Shown: positions 36,560-49,655, counted from the first letter of the stretch. The stretch: DNA of 64,000 nt from Squalus acanthias (GCA_030390025.1 CM059432.1:71736001-71800000); one strand, 5' to 3'. Notes: generated by a model from the sequence alone, not told the origin. Numbers and translations: made by a program.

Positions 36560-39222
36560 TTTTTTCATTTGTTCACGGGATGTGGGCGTTGCTGGCAAGG
36601 CCAGCCTTTATTGCCCATCCCTAGTTGTCCTTGAGAAGGTGGTGGTGAGCTGCCTCAGCCTTAAATATACTCAAAGACTTAGGGGGAAAAATTCAGCTGC
36701 TTGCGCCTCCCGTTAGCGCCTTAAGAGGGCGCTAATGGGGCGTAAAGCAGCTAACGCCCGGGCGCAGCGCCGCCCACGCCTCCCGAAAAATTTAGTGGGA
36801 GGTTAGCGGCGGCGGCAGCCGGTAGCGCCCTGTGGCGCTGCGCCGCCGGCGATGACGTCATCGCCGTGCGCAGCACCCCGCTCGCGCCCCGGCCGTGATC
36901 TTCAGTCGCGCCCCCTGATTTACCGCCAGACGCTATGTCCGACGGGTTCAGGGAGGCGTACGTGCGGCCGGGGCGGCGATATTTAAAGCGGAGGTGGCAG
37001 GCGGCCATTTTTGTTGCTGGCCGCCTGCCAGCACCTGCCCCCGGCCCCCGTGAAGCCCCCCCACCGTGAAGTGCCGGCTGCGCTCCAAGAGCCCGGCACT
37101 TCTCTTGAGTGCCGGGCTCTTTTGCCGGCACTCCCGATCCCTGGGGGCCCAGCTGGGCCCCGGTTCGCGCTGCGCAGGGTCCCTCCCCTTTAAGAAGGGG
37201 AGGAAGGCCTGCAATACCGCGGCGCGACGTGCCGCCCAGGATATTCACTCGCAGCGCCCCAAGAGGGATGCGGGCTGCTTCCAGTTGCGCCCCGCTTCCC
37301 TCTTGGGGCGCAACCACTGAAGTTCCGGCGCGGGGCCGCTAATTTTTTCGGGGCGCTAAAAGTCGCGCCCCGGCGAGGTTAGCGCCCCAAATGGGGCGCG
37401 ACTCAATTTTTACCCCTTAGCATTCACAGCCCTCTGGGGCAGAGAATTCCAAAGATTCACAACCCTCTGAGTGAAGATATTCCTCCTCATCTCGGTCTTA
37501 AATGGCCGCCCCTTATACTGAGACTATGCCCCCTAGTTCCAGACACTCCAGCCAGGGGAAACAACCTCTCAGCATCTACCCTGTCAATCCCCTTCAGAAT
37601 CTTGTATGTTTCAATGAGATCACCTCTCATTCTTCTAAACTCCATAGAGTATAGGCCCATTCTGCACAATCTCTCATCCTAGGACAGCGCTCTCATCCCA
37701 GGAATCAATCTAGCGAACCTTTGTTGCACCGCCTCCAAGGCAAGTATATCCTTCCTTAGATAAGGAGACCAAAACTGTGCACGGTACTCCAGGTGTGCTC
37801 TCACCAAGGCCCTGTATAATTGTAGCAAGACTTCCTTACTCTTATACTCCAACACCCTTGCAATGAAGGCCAACATTCCATTTGCCTTTCTTATTGCTTG
37901 CTGTACCTCCATGCTAGCTTTCTGTGTTTCTTGCACGAGGACACCCAAATCTCTCTGAACACCAACATTTAAAAGTTTCTCACCATTTAAAAAAATATTC
38001 TGTTTTTCTATTCTTCCTACCAAAGTGAATAGCCTCACATTTCCCGATATTATGGTACACACTTCAGCCACGGTGGAGGGAGTGAATGTTTAAGGTGGTG
38101 GATGGGGCGCCAATCAAGTGGGCTGCTTTGTTTTGGATGGTGTCGAGCTTCTTGAGTATTGTTAGAGCTGCACTCATCCAGGCAAGTGGAGAGTATTCCA
38201 TCACACTCCTGGCCTGTGCCTTGTAGATGGTGGAAAGGCTTTGGGGAGTCAGGAGGTGAGAGACTCGCTGCAGAATACCCAGCCTCTGACCTGCTCTTGT
38301 TGCCACAGTATTTATGTGGCTGGTCCAGTTAAGTTTCTGGTCAATGGTGATTGATGATGTGGTATTCGGCGATGGTAATGCCGTTGAATGTCAAGGGGTG
38401 GTGGTTAGACGCTCGCTTGTTAGAGATATTCATTGTCTGGCACTTATGTGGCGTGAATGTTACCTGCCACTTATCAGCCCAAGCCTGAATGTCGTCCAGG
38501 TCTCGCTGCATGCGGGCATGGACTGTGTCATTATCTGAGGAGTTGCGAATGGCACTGAATACTGTGCAGTCATCAGAGAACATCCCCACTTCTGACCTTA
38601 TGATGGAGGGAAGGTCATTGATGAAGCAGCTGAAGATGGTTGGGCCTAGGACAATGCCCTGAGGAACTCCTGCAGCGATGTCCTGGGGCTGTGATGATTG
38701 ACCTCCAACCACCACAACCATCTTCCTTTGTGCTAGGTATGACTCCAGCCAATGGAGAGTTTTCCCCCCAATTAGCATTGACTTTAGTTGTACTAGGACT
38801 CCTTTATGCCACACTCGGTCAAATGCTGTCTTGATGTCAAGGGCAGTCACTCTCACCTCACCTCTGGAATTCAGCTCTTTTATACATGTTTGGACCAAGG
38901 CTGTAATGAGGTCTGGAGCTGAGTGGTCCTGGCGGAACCCAAACAGGGCATCAGTGAGCAGGTTATTGGTGAGTAAGTGCTGCTTGATAGCACTGTCGAT
39001 GACGCCTTCCATCACTTTGCTGATGATTGAGAGTAGACTGATGGGACGGTAATTGGCCGGATTGGATTTGTCCTGCTTTTTGTGGACAGGACATACCTGG
39101 GCAGTTTTCCACATTGTCGGATAGATGCCAGTGTTATAGCTGTACTGGAACAGCTTGGCTAGAGGCGCGGCTAGTTCTGGTGCACAAGTCTTCAGCTCGA
39201 CAGCCGGGATGTTGTTGGGGCC
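36560..39222 (-). mobile_element. CR1-type family X insert (36560-36655, 38053-39222) containing a family Y fragment (36656-38050)
   Basis: The RT part of ORF 38341-39693 (NYRPISLLS, GVPQG, FSDD); ORFs 37487-38071. Confidence 0.8.
36682..37416 (+). mobile_element. PIF/Harbinger MITE family 1b (GC/CpG-rich, young)
   Basis: TIR GGGGGAAAAATT / AATTTTTACCCC; canonical TTA TSD at 36679-36681 and 37417-37419. Confidence 0.9.
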
Positions 39223-40527
39223 TAAGAGTGGGAGAGCAATAGTGGTAGGGGATTCGATAGTTAGGGGAACAGAGAGGCGTTGCTGCGGCCGCAGACGTGA
39301 CTCCAGGATGGTATGTTGCCTCGCTGGTGGCAAGGTTAAGGATGCAACTGAGCGGCTGCAGAGCATTCTGAGGGGGGAGGGTGAACAGCCAGAGGTCGTG
39401 GTCCATATTGGTCCCAACGACATAGGTAGAAAGAGGGATGAGGTCCTGCAGGCAGATTTTAGGGAGCTAGGAAAGAGATTAAAAAGCAGAACCTCAAAGG
39501 TAGTAATCTCCAGATTACTCCCGGTGCCACGCGCAAGTGAGTATAGAAATAGGAGGATCGAGCAGATGCATGCGTGGCTGGAGAGATGATGCAGGAGGAA
39601 GGGCTTTAGATTCCTGGGGCATTGGGACCGGTTCTGGGGGAGGTGGGACCTGTACAGGCCGGACGGGTTGCACCTCAACAGGGCCGGAGCCAATATCCTC
39701 GCGGGGAGGTTTGCTAGTGCTGTTGGGGAGGGTTTAAACTAATTTGGCAGAGGGATGGGCACCAGGATGTAACATTAGAAAGGGGAAATAAAGTGCTCAA
39801 AGGATTGGGAGAGGCAGAGAGCACTAAAGTAAGAAATAGTAAGGTATTAGGTGGGGTCCAACTAAGAGAGAATACAGGATGGTCTAAGATGGATTTACAG
39901 TGTATGTATGTGAACGCACAAAGCGTAGTAAACAAGGTAAGTGAGCTGCAGGCACAAATAGCCACATGGGAATATGACGTTGTGGAAATAACTGAGACCT
40001 GGCTCAAAAAAGGGCAGGATTGGGTATTAAATATTTCTGGTTGTAAGGTGTTTAGGAAAGAAAAGATAGGAGGTGGTGTGGCAGTATTGGTTCAGGAGAA
40101 TGTTATAGTGCTGGAGAGGGAGGATGTCCTGGAGGGGTCAAGGACAGAATCTATATGGCTAGAGTTAAGAAACAATAGAGGTGCCATTACACTACTAGGT
40201 GTATTCTATAGGCCACCAAATAGTGGGAAAGATATGGAGGAACAAATTTGCAGAGAAATTACAAAGAGGTGCAAGAGCGATAGAGTAGTAATAATGGGGG
40301 ACTTCAACTATCCTAATATAGACTGGGATTGTAATAGTGTCAAGGGCAGAGAAGGGAAAGAATTTCTGAAGTGTGTTCAGGAGAACGTTCTTGATCAGTA
40401 TGTTTCTGGCCTGACGAGGGAGGAGGCATTGCTGGATCTGGGGAATGAGGTAGGTCAAGTTTAGCAAGTGTCAGTAGGTGAACATTTAGGGTACAGTGGT
40501 CGTAGTATCATAAGGTTTAGATTAGCT

Positions 40528-41170
40528 ATTGGCCTTTATTGCAAAGGGAATGGAGTATAAAAGTAGGGAAGTCGTGTTACAACTGTACAGGGCATTGGTG
40601 AGACCACACCTGGAGTACTGCGTACAGTTTTGGTCTCCTTATTTAAGGAAGGATATACTTGCATTGGAGGCAGTTCAGAGATAGTTCACGAGGCTGATTC
40701 CGGAGATGAAGGGGTTGTTTTATGAAGAAAGGTTGAGCAGGTTGGGCCTATACTCATTGGAGTTTAGAAGAATGAGAGGGGATCTTATCGAAACATATAA
40801 GATTCTGAAGGGGCTTGACAGGGTAGACGCAGAGATAATGTTTCACCTCGTGGGGGAATTTAGAACTAGGGGGCATAATTTCAGAATAAGGGGGCACCCT
40901 TTTAAATCGGAAATGAGGAGGAATTTCTTCTCTCTGAGGGTCATGAATCTTTGGAATTCTCTTCCCCAGAGAGCTGTGGAGGCTGGGTCATTGAATATAT
41001 TTAAGGTGGAGATAGACAGATTTTTGAACGATAAGGGAGTCAAGGGTTATGGGCAGCGGGCAGGAAAGCAGAGTTGAGGCCAAGATCAAATCAGCCATGA
41101 TCTTATTGAATGGCGGAGCAGGCTCGAGGGGCCAAATGACCTACTCCTGCTCCTACGTCTTATGTTCTTA
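40528..41170 (+). mobile_element. CR1 family Y 3' end, nested insertion
   Basis: ORF 40706-41077; (TTCTTATG) tail. Confidence 0.85.
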
Positions 41171-41510
41171 TGGAAAAGGACAGGAAGCAATCTAGAGTAA
41201 GAATGTTTAACTGGGGGAAGGCCAATTTCAGTGGGATGAGAACAGATCTGGCCCGGGTAAACTGGAATCAAAGATTGGCAGGCAAAACTGTAGTGGAACA
41301 ATGGGCTGCCTTTAAAGAGGAAACAGTTCGGGTACAGTCGAAGTACATTTCCACGAGGGGAAAAGGTAGGGCAACTAAAGTCAGAGCTCCCTGGATGATG
41401 AAACAGATAGCCAATATAATGAAGCAGAAAAAGAACACGTATGACAGATAACAACAGAAAACGCTGGAAAAACTCAGCAGGCGAGGCAGCATCCGTGGAG
41501 AGAGAAACAG

Positions 41511-41547
41511 AGTTAACGTTTCAGGTCGAAGACCTTTCATCAGAACT
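41511..41547 (-). ncRNA. Minimal type I hammerhead ribozyme (family A)
   Basis: AGTT-CTGATGA-A-AGGTC(TTC)GACCT-GAAA-CG-TT-AACT. Confidence 0.8.
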
Positions 41548-41816
41548 GGAGACAGCAGGAAATCAAATAGATTAAAAGCAAGGATAAAGCTGGGAAAAGG
41601 GGGAGGGGATGAAAGAACAAAAGGAGAGATTAAGAGACATTAAGAGACATCAAGAGACATTAAGAGATATTCAAGGCAAGAGGTGGTGTTAATGTGACAG
41701 GTTAAGGCTGAAAGAAGTGTGAAATGCACTGGCAGAATGAAGGACAGCTGCCAGCTTCTAGGAGGAAAAAAAAAGGGTGGATGAGAAAATAAAATATAAA
41801 TGTGATGGGGCTAAGG

Positions 41817-43482
41817 TTATGATCTAAAATTGTTGAACTCGATATTGAGTCCAGAGGGCTGTAGCGTGCCTAAACGAAAGATGAGGTGCTGTTCCTCGAG
41901 CTTACGCTGCGCTTCCGTGGAACAGTGTAATAGGCCGAGGACGGTGAGGTCTGAGTGGGAGTGAAGCGGTGAATTAAAGTGACAGGCGACCGGGAGCTCG
42001 GGGTCCCCCTTACGGACTGAACGGAGGTGTTCCGCAAAGCGGTCACCCAATCTGCGTTCGGTCTCCCCAATGTAGAGGAGACCGCATCGTGAGCAGCGAA
42101 TACAGTATACTAAATTGCAGGAAGTACAAGTAAATCGCTGTTTCACCTGGAAGGGGTGTTTGGGGCCCTGGACAGTGGGAAGAGGGGAGGTATAAGGGCA
42201 TGTGTTGCATCTCCTGCGCTTGCACGGGAAGGTGCCGGGCGAAGGGGAAGGGATGCTGGGGGTGGTAGAGGAGTGGACTAGGGTGTCGCGGAGGGAGCGG
42301 TCCCTGCGGAATGCTGAAAGGGGAGGTGAGGGGAAGATGCGTTTGGTGGTGGGATCACGCTGGAGGTGGCGGAAATGGCGGAGGATGATCCGTTGAATGT
42401 GGAGGCTGGTGGGGTGAAAGGTGAGGACAAGGGGAACTCTATCGTGGTTCCGGGAGGGAGGGGCAGGGGTGAGGGCAGAAGTGCGGGAGATAGAACGGAC
42501 ACGGTCGAGGGCCATGTCGATCACGGTAGAGGGGAATCCTCGGTTGAGGAAAAAGGAAGACATGTCGGAAGCACTGGTATGGAAGGTGGCATCATCAGAG
42601 CAGATGCGGCGGAGAAACTGGGAGAATGGAATAGAGTCCTTACAGGAGGCGGGGTGGGAGGAAGTGTAGTCCAGGTAGCTGTGGGAGTCAGTGGGCTTGT
42701 AGTGAATGTTAGTCAATAACCTATCCCCAGAGATGGAGACGGAGAAGTCGAGGAAGGGAAGGGAAGAGTCGGAGATGGACCATGTGAAGGTGAGGGAAGG
42801 GTGGAAATTGGAAGCATAGTGAATGAAATGTTCTAGTTCGGGGCGAGAGCAGGAGACGGCACCGATACAGTCATCAATGTACCGGAAAAAGAGGTGAGGG
42901 AGGGGACCCGAGTAGGACTGGAACAAAGAGTGTTCCACATATCCCACGAAAAGGCAGGCATAGCTAGGACCCATGCGGGTACCCATAGCAACACCTTTAA
43001 TTTGGAGGAAATGGGTGGAGTCAAAGGAGAAGTTGTTCAATGTGAGAACAAGTTCAGCCAGGCGGAGGAGGGTGGTGGTGGATGGGGACTGGTTGGGCCT
43101 CTGTTCAAGGAAGAAGCGGAGCGCCCTCAGGCCATCCTGGTGGGGGATGGAGGTGTAGAGGGATTGTACGTCCATAGTGAAGAGGAGGCGGTTGGGGCCA
43201 GGAAACTGGAAACTGTTAAAATGGCGGAGGGCGTTGGAAGAGTTGCGGATGTAGGTGGGAAGAGACTGGACAAGGGGAGAAAAAATAGAGTCGAGATAGG
43301 AAGAGATAAGTTCTGTGGGGCAAGAACAGGCTGAAACGATGGGTCTACCGGGGCAGTCCTGTTTGTGGATCTTGGGAAGGAGGTAGAAGCGGGCTGTGCG
43401 GGGTTGGGGAACTATGAGGTTGGCGGCCATGGGGGGAAGATCTCCAGAGGAGATGAGGTCAGTGACGGTCTTGGAAATGGTG
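41817..43482 (-). CDS. Penelope RT plus GIY-YIG endonuclease (N-terminally truncated, open frame)
   Basis: LPKIHK, GRPIVS, DVQSLYTSIP, GVAMG, RYIDD, LVYCIRC..C..LYIGET. Confidence 0.9.
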
Positions 43483-45462
43483 GTATGACAGATGTCAGGT
43501 TGCAAATACATCTGAGAATCAGGCTCTACATAGAAAGGTCAGAGGAGGAGTGAAAAAGAAAATAAGAGGGGCAAAGAGAGGGTATGAGAATAGAATGGCA
43601 GCCAACATAAAAGGTAATCCAAAAGTCTTCTATAAGCATATAAATACTAAAAGGGTAGCAAAAGGAGGGGTGGGGCTGATTATGGACCAAAAAGAAGGCC
43701 TATGCATAGAGGCAGAGGGTATGGCTGAGGTACTAAATGAGTCCTTTGCATCTGTCTTCACCAAGGAAGAGGATGCTGCCATAGACATAGTGAAGGAGGA
43801 GATAGTGGAGACACTTGATAGTATAAAAATTGATAAAAGAAGTTATTAGAAAGGCTGGCTGTACTTAAAGTAGATAAATCACCAGGAGCGGATGAGATGC
43901 CTCCTAGGATGCTGAGGGAATTGAGAGCAGAAATCGCGGAAGTACTGGCCATCATATTCCAATCCTCCATAGATATGGGGGTGGTGCCAGAGGACTGGAG
44001 AATTGCAAATGTTACACCATTGTTCAAAAAAGGGTGTAAAGATAAACCCAGCAACTATAGGCCAATCAGTTTAACCTCGGTAGTGGGGAAGCTGTTAGAA
44101 ACAGTAATCAGGGACAAAATTAACAGTCGCTTGGATAGGTGTGGATTAATTAAGGGAAGCCAGCACAGATTTTTTTTGATGAGGTAACAGAGAGGGTTGA
44201 TGAGGGCAATGTGGTTGACGTGGGTTACATGGACTTCCAAAAGGTTCTAAGACCACTGCTTTTCTTGATATATATTAATGACTTGGACGTGTGTGTACAG
44301 GGCACAATTTCAAAATTTGCAGATGACACAAAACTTGGAAGTATAGTGAACAGTGAGGAGGAGGAGAGTGATAGACTTCAAGAAGGCACAGACAGGCTGG
44401 TGAAATGGGCGTACACGTGGCAGATGAAATTTAACGCAGTAAAGTGTGAAGTGATACATTTTGGTAGAAAGAATGAGGAGAGGCAACATAAACTAAATGG
44501 TACAATCCTAAAGGGGGTGCACGAACAGAGAGACCTGGGGTTATATGTGCAGAAATCGTTGAAGGTGGCAGGACAGGTTGAGAAAGCAGTTAAAAAGGCT
44601 TACGGGATCCTGGGCTTCATAAATAGAGGTATAGAATACAAAAGTGTGGAAATTATGATGAACCTGTATAAAACACTGGTTCGGCCCCAACTGGAGTACT
44701 GTGTCCAATTCTGGGCACCACACTTTAGGAAGGATGTGAAGGCCTTAGAGAGGGTGCAGAAAGGATTTCTGAGAATGATTCTAGGAATGAGGGACTTCAG
44801 TTACGTTGATAGACTGGAGAAGCTGGGGTTGTTCTCCTTGGAGCAGAGGAGATTTGATAGAGGTGTTCAAAATCATGAGGGGTCTGGACAGAGTAGATAG
44901 AGAGAAACTGTTCCCATTGGCAGAAGGGCCGAGAACCAGAAGACACAGATTTAAGGTGATTGGCGAAATAACCAAAGGCGGCATAAGAAAAAACTTCTTA
45001 ATGCAGCGAGTGGTTAAAATCTGGAATGGTGGTGGAGGCAGACTCAATCTTATCTTTCAAAAGGGAGTTGGATAAGTAGCTGAAGGAAAACAATTTGCAG
45101 GGTTACGGGGGAAGGGCAGGGAGTAGGACTAGCTGAGAGTCTGCATGGGCTCGACGGGCCAAATGACCGCCTTCCGTGCTGTAACCATTCTATGATTCTG
45201 TTCTGCTGCCTCTTCCGGAGCATTCCCCACCCGACAGGGAGCCAAGCCTGTCGAACAGGTTGGCTTCTGGGCGGGGAGTCTGCTTTAAAAAAAAACACAC
45301 GCCATGGAGTTAAAATTCCACGCCGTTCGGGGAAACCCAACCCCAACTATAACTCCTCCGCCGCCACCCCCTGCTTGGAAATCTCACCCCAGTAACTATA
45401 GGGGTCATAATTACTAACTTTTTTGTCTCATATTTTTGTTAATTAAAAAAGTTTAATGCAGC

Positions 45463-45593
45463 AAAAGCAAAATACTGCGGATGCTGGAAATCTGAAATAA
45501 AAACAGACAATGCTGGAAATACTCAGCAGGTCAGGCAGCCTCTGTGGAGAGAGAAAGAGTTAATGTTTCAGGTCAATGACCTTTTGTCAGAAC
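45463..45593 (-). mobile_element. Penelope family A terminal remnant with a decayed hammerhead
   Basis: Homologous to 24310-24440; core reads CTGACAA...GAAACATT. Confidence 0.7.
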
Positions 45594-46059
45594 AAATGTT
45601 TAATGTTCATTTTTTGGTCTTTTCTGCCCTTTCGACACTTTGGCTTCTATGTTTTGAATTAACTTCATAAAGAGTCTTAACTCCTTACAGCCTTGAGAGT
45701 ATGTTCACTGGCTCTGATATCTAGGTACGTTTTTGATAATGAGTCCAGGATAATGAACAGAAAACTTTTCTTTCAGTTCCTTTAGCTACTGGACCTATCC
45801 TGTGCCTCCACAGGACATTTCTCACTCCTTCGAAAAGCAGTAGAGCATCACACCAGACCTCATTTCAACCTTTAATTAAACAAGCAATTTTATTAAACAA
45901 TAGACAAATAAGCACATATATAATAATATAATAAATATTTATAGTAGATATTATTCTAACCAGCTCCTCAAATGGACAAGAATAAATGGTTGAAATCTGA
46001 GTAAATAATGAAATGTATTGATAAAGGAAATGCAATGGGTTTTGTGTATATCTGCGCTC

Positions 46060-46362
46060 CTCTAATTCTGCCCTCTTGAGCATCCTTGATTATAATCGCT
46101 CAACCATTGGTGGCCGTGCCTTCTGTTGCCTCGGCCCTAAGCTCTGGAATTCCCTGCTTAAACCTCTCCGCCTCTCTACCTCTCTTTCCTCCTTTAAGAT
46201 GCTCCTTAAAACCTACCTCTTTGACCAAGTTTTTGGTCTTCTGCCCTAATTTTCTCCTTATGTAGCTTGGTGTCAAATTTTTTGTCTTATAATACTCCTG
46301 TGAAGCACCTTGGGATGTTTTACTACGTTAAAGGCGCTATATAAATACAAGTTGTTGTTGTT
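46060..46362 (+). mobile_element. L2 LINE 3' end
   Basis: IGGRAF..GPKLWNSL coding remnant; tail AAAGGCGCTATATAAATACAAG(TTG)n. Confidence 0.8.
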
Positions 46363-46505
46363 ATATGCATTTTCAAGTGGCATTTGATAACTTGCCACAT
46401 AGAAGGCTTGTTGGTAAAAGTCAAGGCACGTGGTATTGAAGGAAGTGCAGGAAATTGCTTACAGAATGGAAAATGGAGAATAATGATTAATGGCTGTTTT
46501 CTAGA

Positions 46506-47100
46506 CTTTTTTTATTCGTTCCTGGGATGTGGACATTGCTGGCAAGGCCAGCATTTATTGCCCATCTCTAATTACCCTTGAAAAGGTGGTGGTGAGCTGT
46601 CTTCTTGAACTGCTGCAGTCCCTGTGTTGAAGGTTCTCCCATAGAAACATAGAAACATAGAAAATAGGTACAGGAGTAGACCATTCGGTCCTTCGAGCCT
46701 GCACCGCCATTCAATGCGTTCATGGCTGAACATGCTACCTCATGTTCAGCCATGAACGCATTGAATGGCGGTGCAGGCTCGAAGGACCGAATGGTCTACT
46801 CCTGTACCTATTTTCTATGTTTCTATGTTTCTATGGGAGAACCTTCAACACAGGGACTGCAGCAGTTCAAGAAGACAGCTCACCACCACCTTTTCAAGGG
46901 TAATTAGAGATGGGCAATAAATGCTGGCCTTGCTGATAGGGAGGGAGTTCCAGGATTTTGACCCAGCAACGATGAAGGAACAGCGATATATTTCCATGTC
47001 AGGATGTCCTTGTCCTTCTAGGTGGTAGAGGTCGTGGGTTTGGGAGGTGCTGTCGAAGAAGCCTTGGCGAGTTGCTTCAGTGCATCTTGTAGATGGTGCA
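46506..47100 (-). mobile_element. CR1-type family X 3' end, host of the fold-back insertion
   Basis: Homologous to 1480-1830. Confidence 0.8.
46542..46933. repeat. Perfect inverted repeat: 193-bp arms, 6-nt spacer
   Basis: 46542-46734 is the reverse complement of 46741-46933; spacer CTACCT. Confidence 0.95.
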
Positions 47101-47470
47101 CTGGAAACAGTCTCTCCTTATTTACTCTATGAAAACCATTCATGATTTTGAACCCCTCTATCAAATCTCTCTTAAACTTTTCTACTCTAAGGAGAACAAC
47201 CCAAGCTTCTCCATTCTCTCCACATAACTGAAGTCCCTCATCCCTGGTAACATGCTAGTAAATCTCTTCTGCACCCTCTCCAAGGCCTTGACATCCTTCC
47301 TAAATTGGGGTGCCCAGAATACTCCAGCTGAGGCCTAACCAGTGTTTAATAAAGGTTTAGCATAACTTCCTTGCTTTTGTACTCTGTTCCTCTATTAATA
47401 AAGCCAAGGATCCCGTATGTTTTTTTCTAAACAGCCTGCTCAACTTGTCCTGCTACCTTCAAAGATTTAT
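47100..47470 (-). mobile_element. CR1 family Y fragment
   Basis: Similar to 8850-9070 and 13230-13310. Confidence 0.75.
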
Positions 47471-47558
47471 GCTATAAGAATATTGGACATAGCAGCAGAA
47501 TGAACATCTTTTGCTTGGCCATATTAACCATCCTGCATTGCAAATCATTTAAAGTGAT

Positions 47559-48207
47559 GGGCCTAAAAATTTGGTTGCTTTGCGCCTCCCGTTAGCACCC
47601 TAAGAGGGTGCTAACGGGGCGAAAAACAACTAGCACCCGGGCGCGGCGTCACCAACGCCTCCCGCGAAATTCAGCGGGCGGTTAGCGGCGGCGGTAACAG
47701 CGCCCTGCGGTGCTGTGCCACCGGCAATGACATCATCGCAGCGCCACGCTCGCGCCCTGGCCACGATCTTCGGTAGCGCCCCCTGACTTACTGCCGGATG
47801 CTATATCCGACGGGATCAGGGGGGCCTAGCTGCGGCCGGGGCGGCACTAATTAAAGGCGAGGTACCGGGCGGCCATTTTTGTTGCTGGCCGCCTGCCAGC
47901 ATCTGCCCCTGTTGCCGTCCCCGGCCTCCTGACCAGCCCCCCCCCCCCCCCCCCCCCCCCCCCGGGCGGAGTGCCACCTGCACTCCGTGAGCCCGGCACT
48001 TCTCTTGAGTGCCGGCACTCTGATCCCTGGTGGCCCAGCTGGGCCCCGGATCACGCTGCGCAAGGCACCTCCCCTTTAAGAAGGGGAGGAAGGCCTGCAG
48101 TACCGCGGCGCGACGTGCCGCAGTGCGTGATGCTGCAGCATGTAGCGCCGCGACATTCCCTTGTAGCGCCCCGCTTCCCTCTTGAGGCGCTACCGATGAA
48201 TTTCGGC
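47559..48207 (+). mobile_element. PIF/Harbinger MITE family 1b, right end lost
   Basis: Colinear with 36682-37330; poly-C expansion at 47937-47963. Confidence 0.8.
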
Positions 48208-48213
48208 TGCATC

Positions 48214-49130
48214 TGCATCTGTGGAGAGAGAAACAAAGTTAACATTTCAGGTCGATGACCTTTTATCAGAACTGGAAAAAGTTAGAGATGTAAAGGTTTT
48301 AAGCAAGTACAGGGGCAGGGAAAGGGGAGGAAAGAACAAAAGAGAAGGTTTGTGATAAGGTGGAAGGCAGGAGAGATTAAATGACAAAAGGGATGATGGT
48401 GCAAAGCAAAAGGGGGTGGTAATGGGACAAGTTATGGGTCTAGAGGAGGTGCAAATGGGAATAGCGGAATCATTACCAACAGCTGCCATCTGAAAAAATG
48501 GGGCAGTGGTTATGATCTGAAATTGTTGATCTCATTGTTGAGTCTGGAAGGCTGTAAACTGCCTAATCGAAAGATGAGGTGCTGTTCCTCAAGCTTACGT
48601 TAAGCTTCATTGGAACGGTGTAGGAGGCTGAGGACAGAGAGGTCAGGGTAGGAGTGAGATGGAGAATTAAAATGGCAAGTGACCGGAAGCTCAGAGTCAC
48701 ACTTGCGGACTGAATGGAGGTGTTCCGCAAAGCGATCACCCAATCCTCCCCAATGCAGAGGAGACAGCATCGTGAGCAGCGAATACAGTATACTAAATTG
48801 AAAGAAGTACATGTAAATAGCTTTTTCACCTGGAAGAAGTGTTTGGGGCCCTGGACAGTGGGAATGGAGGAGGTAAAAGGGCAGAAACTGCATCTCCTGC
48901 GCTTGCACGGGAAGGTGCCATGGGAAGGGGAGCAGGTGTTGGGGGTGATTGAGGAGTGGACCAGGGTGTCGCAGAAGGAACCGTCACTTCGGAATGCGAA
49001 AACGGGAGTGGAGGGGAAGGTGTGTTTGGTGGTGGCAGGGCAGTCCTGTTTGTGGATTTTGGGAAGGAGGTAGAAGCGGGTTTTGCAGGGTTGGGGGTCT
49101 ATGAAGTTGGAGGCCGTGGAGGGAATATCA
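48214..49130 (-). mobile_element. Older Penelope family A-related copy with a large internal deletion
   Basis: Frameshifted GIY-YIG remnant (LVYCIRCSRC); decayed hammerhead at 48237-48273. Confidence 0.85.
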
Positions 49131-49655
49131 CATTAACCATCTGGGATGGTCTTAATTTCATCTCATGTTCCTTTGAAATGTCAGGCAGGAAACTACAGTT
49201 TAAGTTGATCAGTAGTCAAACAAACAGGATGGCCATTATCTGTTGAACAGCGATGCTAACTCCGATGGTAGAGGAGATGGAATAGATGTGTTGCTCGAAT
49301 GATTGACTCTCCAGGAGGCAAGAAAGCAGTCTACAGCTTCCTTGTTCTCTGGGTTTTAAAGCAGAGCCAAGTTTGCAGTTTAAGTTGTAGAGTCAACACC
49401 AGGAGTCCCGCTGGGGGAGTATAGAGTCAAGGCAAGGGAGGAAGGTGCAACTTGATAGGGCAATTGATAAACGGGACACTGGAGTCTACCCAGAGTAGAG
49501 CGGGTAATATCACTTCTTGCTTTGTTCGATTAACTATTGCTTAAATACTTGCATGTATTAATCTTTTACTTGTTGACAATAAAATAGCTACTATAAACCG
49601 TATTGGTGTCAGTCTCCAATCATTCGGCCTTTCCTCCGCAAATTAAGGAACTACA
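49131..49655 (+). mobile_element. Probable LTR fragment (3' part)
   Basis: Non-coding; TATA-like TTTTAAAG, AATAAA near 49578, ends in ...GGAACTACA; no 5' end or TSD found. Confidence 0.4.

Larger units (their letters stand above)
41450..43482 (-). mobile_element. Penelope-like element family A, 5'-truncated
   Basis: 11-bp TSD GTATGACAGAT at 41439-41449 and 43483-43493; RT plus GIY-YIG ORF; 3' hammerhead. Confidence 0.95.
35885..45195 (+). mobile_element. Near full-length decayed CR1 (ORF1 36116-36545 and 39225-39740; ORF2 pieces 39890-40525, 41170-41449, 43483-45070) with many nested insertions
   Basis: Cys-rich/leucine-zipper ORF1 start (CTACAMWEI..CRKC..RVSELEQQL), esterase motif VVGDSIVRG, then APE and RT in colinear order; ATTCTATG tail at 45187. 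Confidence 0.75.

Noticed and set aside
38341..39693. 450-aa ORF as a novel RT fusion protein
   Set aside because: Chance in-frame join of antisense CR1 ORF1 with a 5'-truncated family X RT at the insertion junction near 39222
45690..45950. Additional plus-strand exon candidates
   Set aside because: Splice sites imply a roughly 50-nt intron and no frame was clearly preferred
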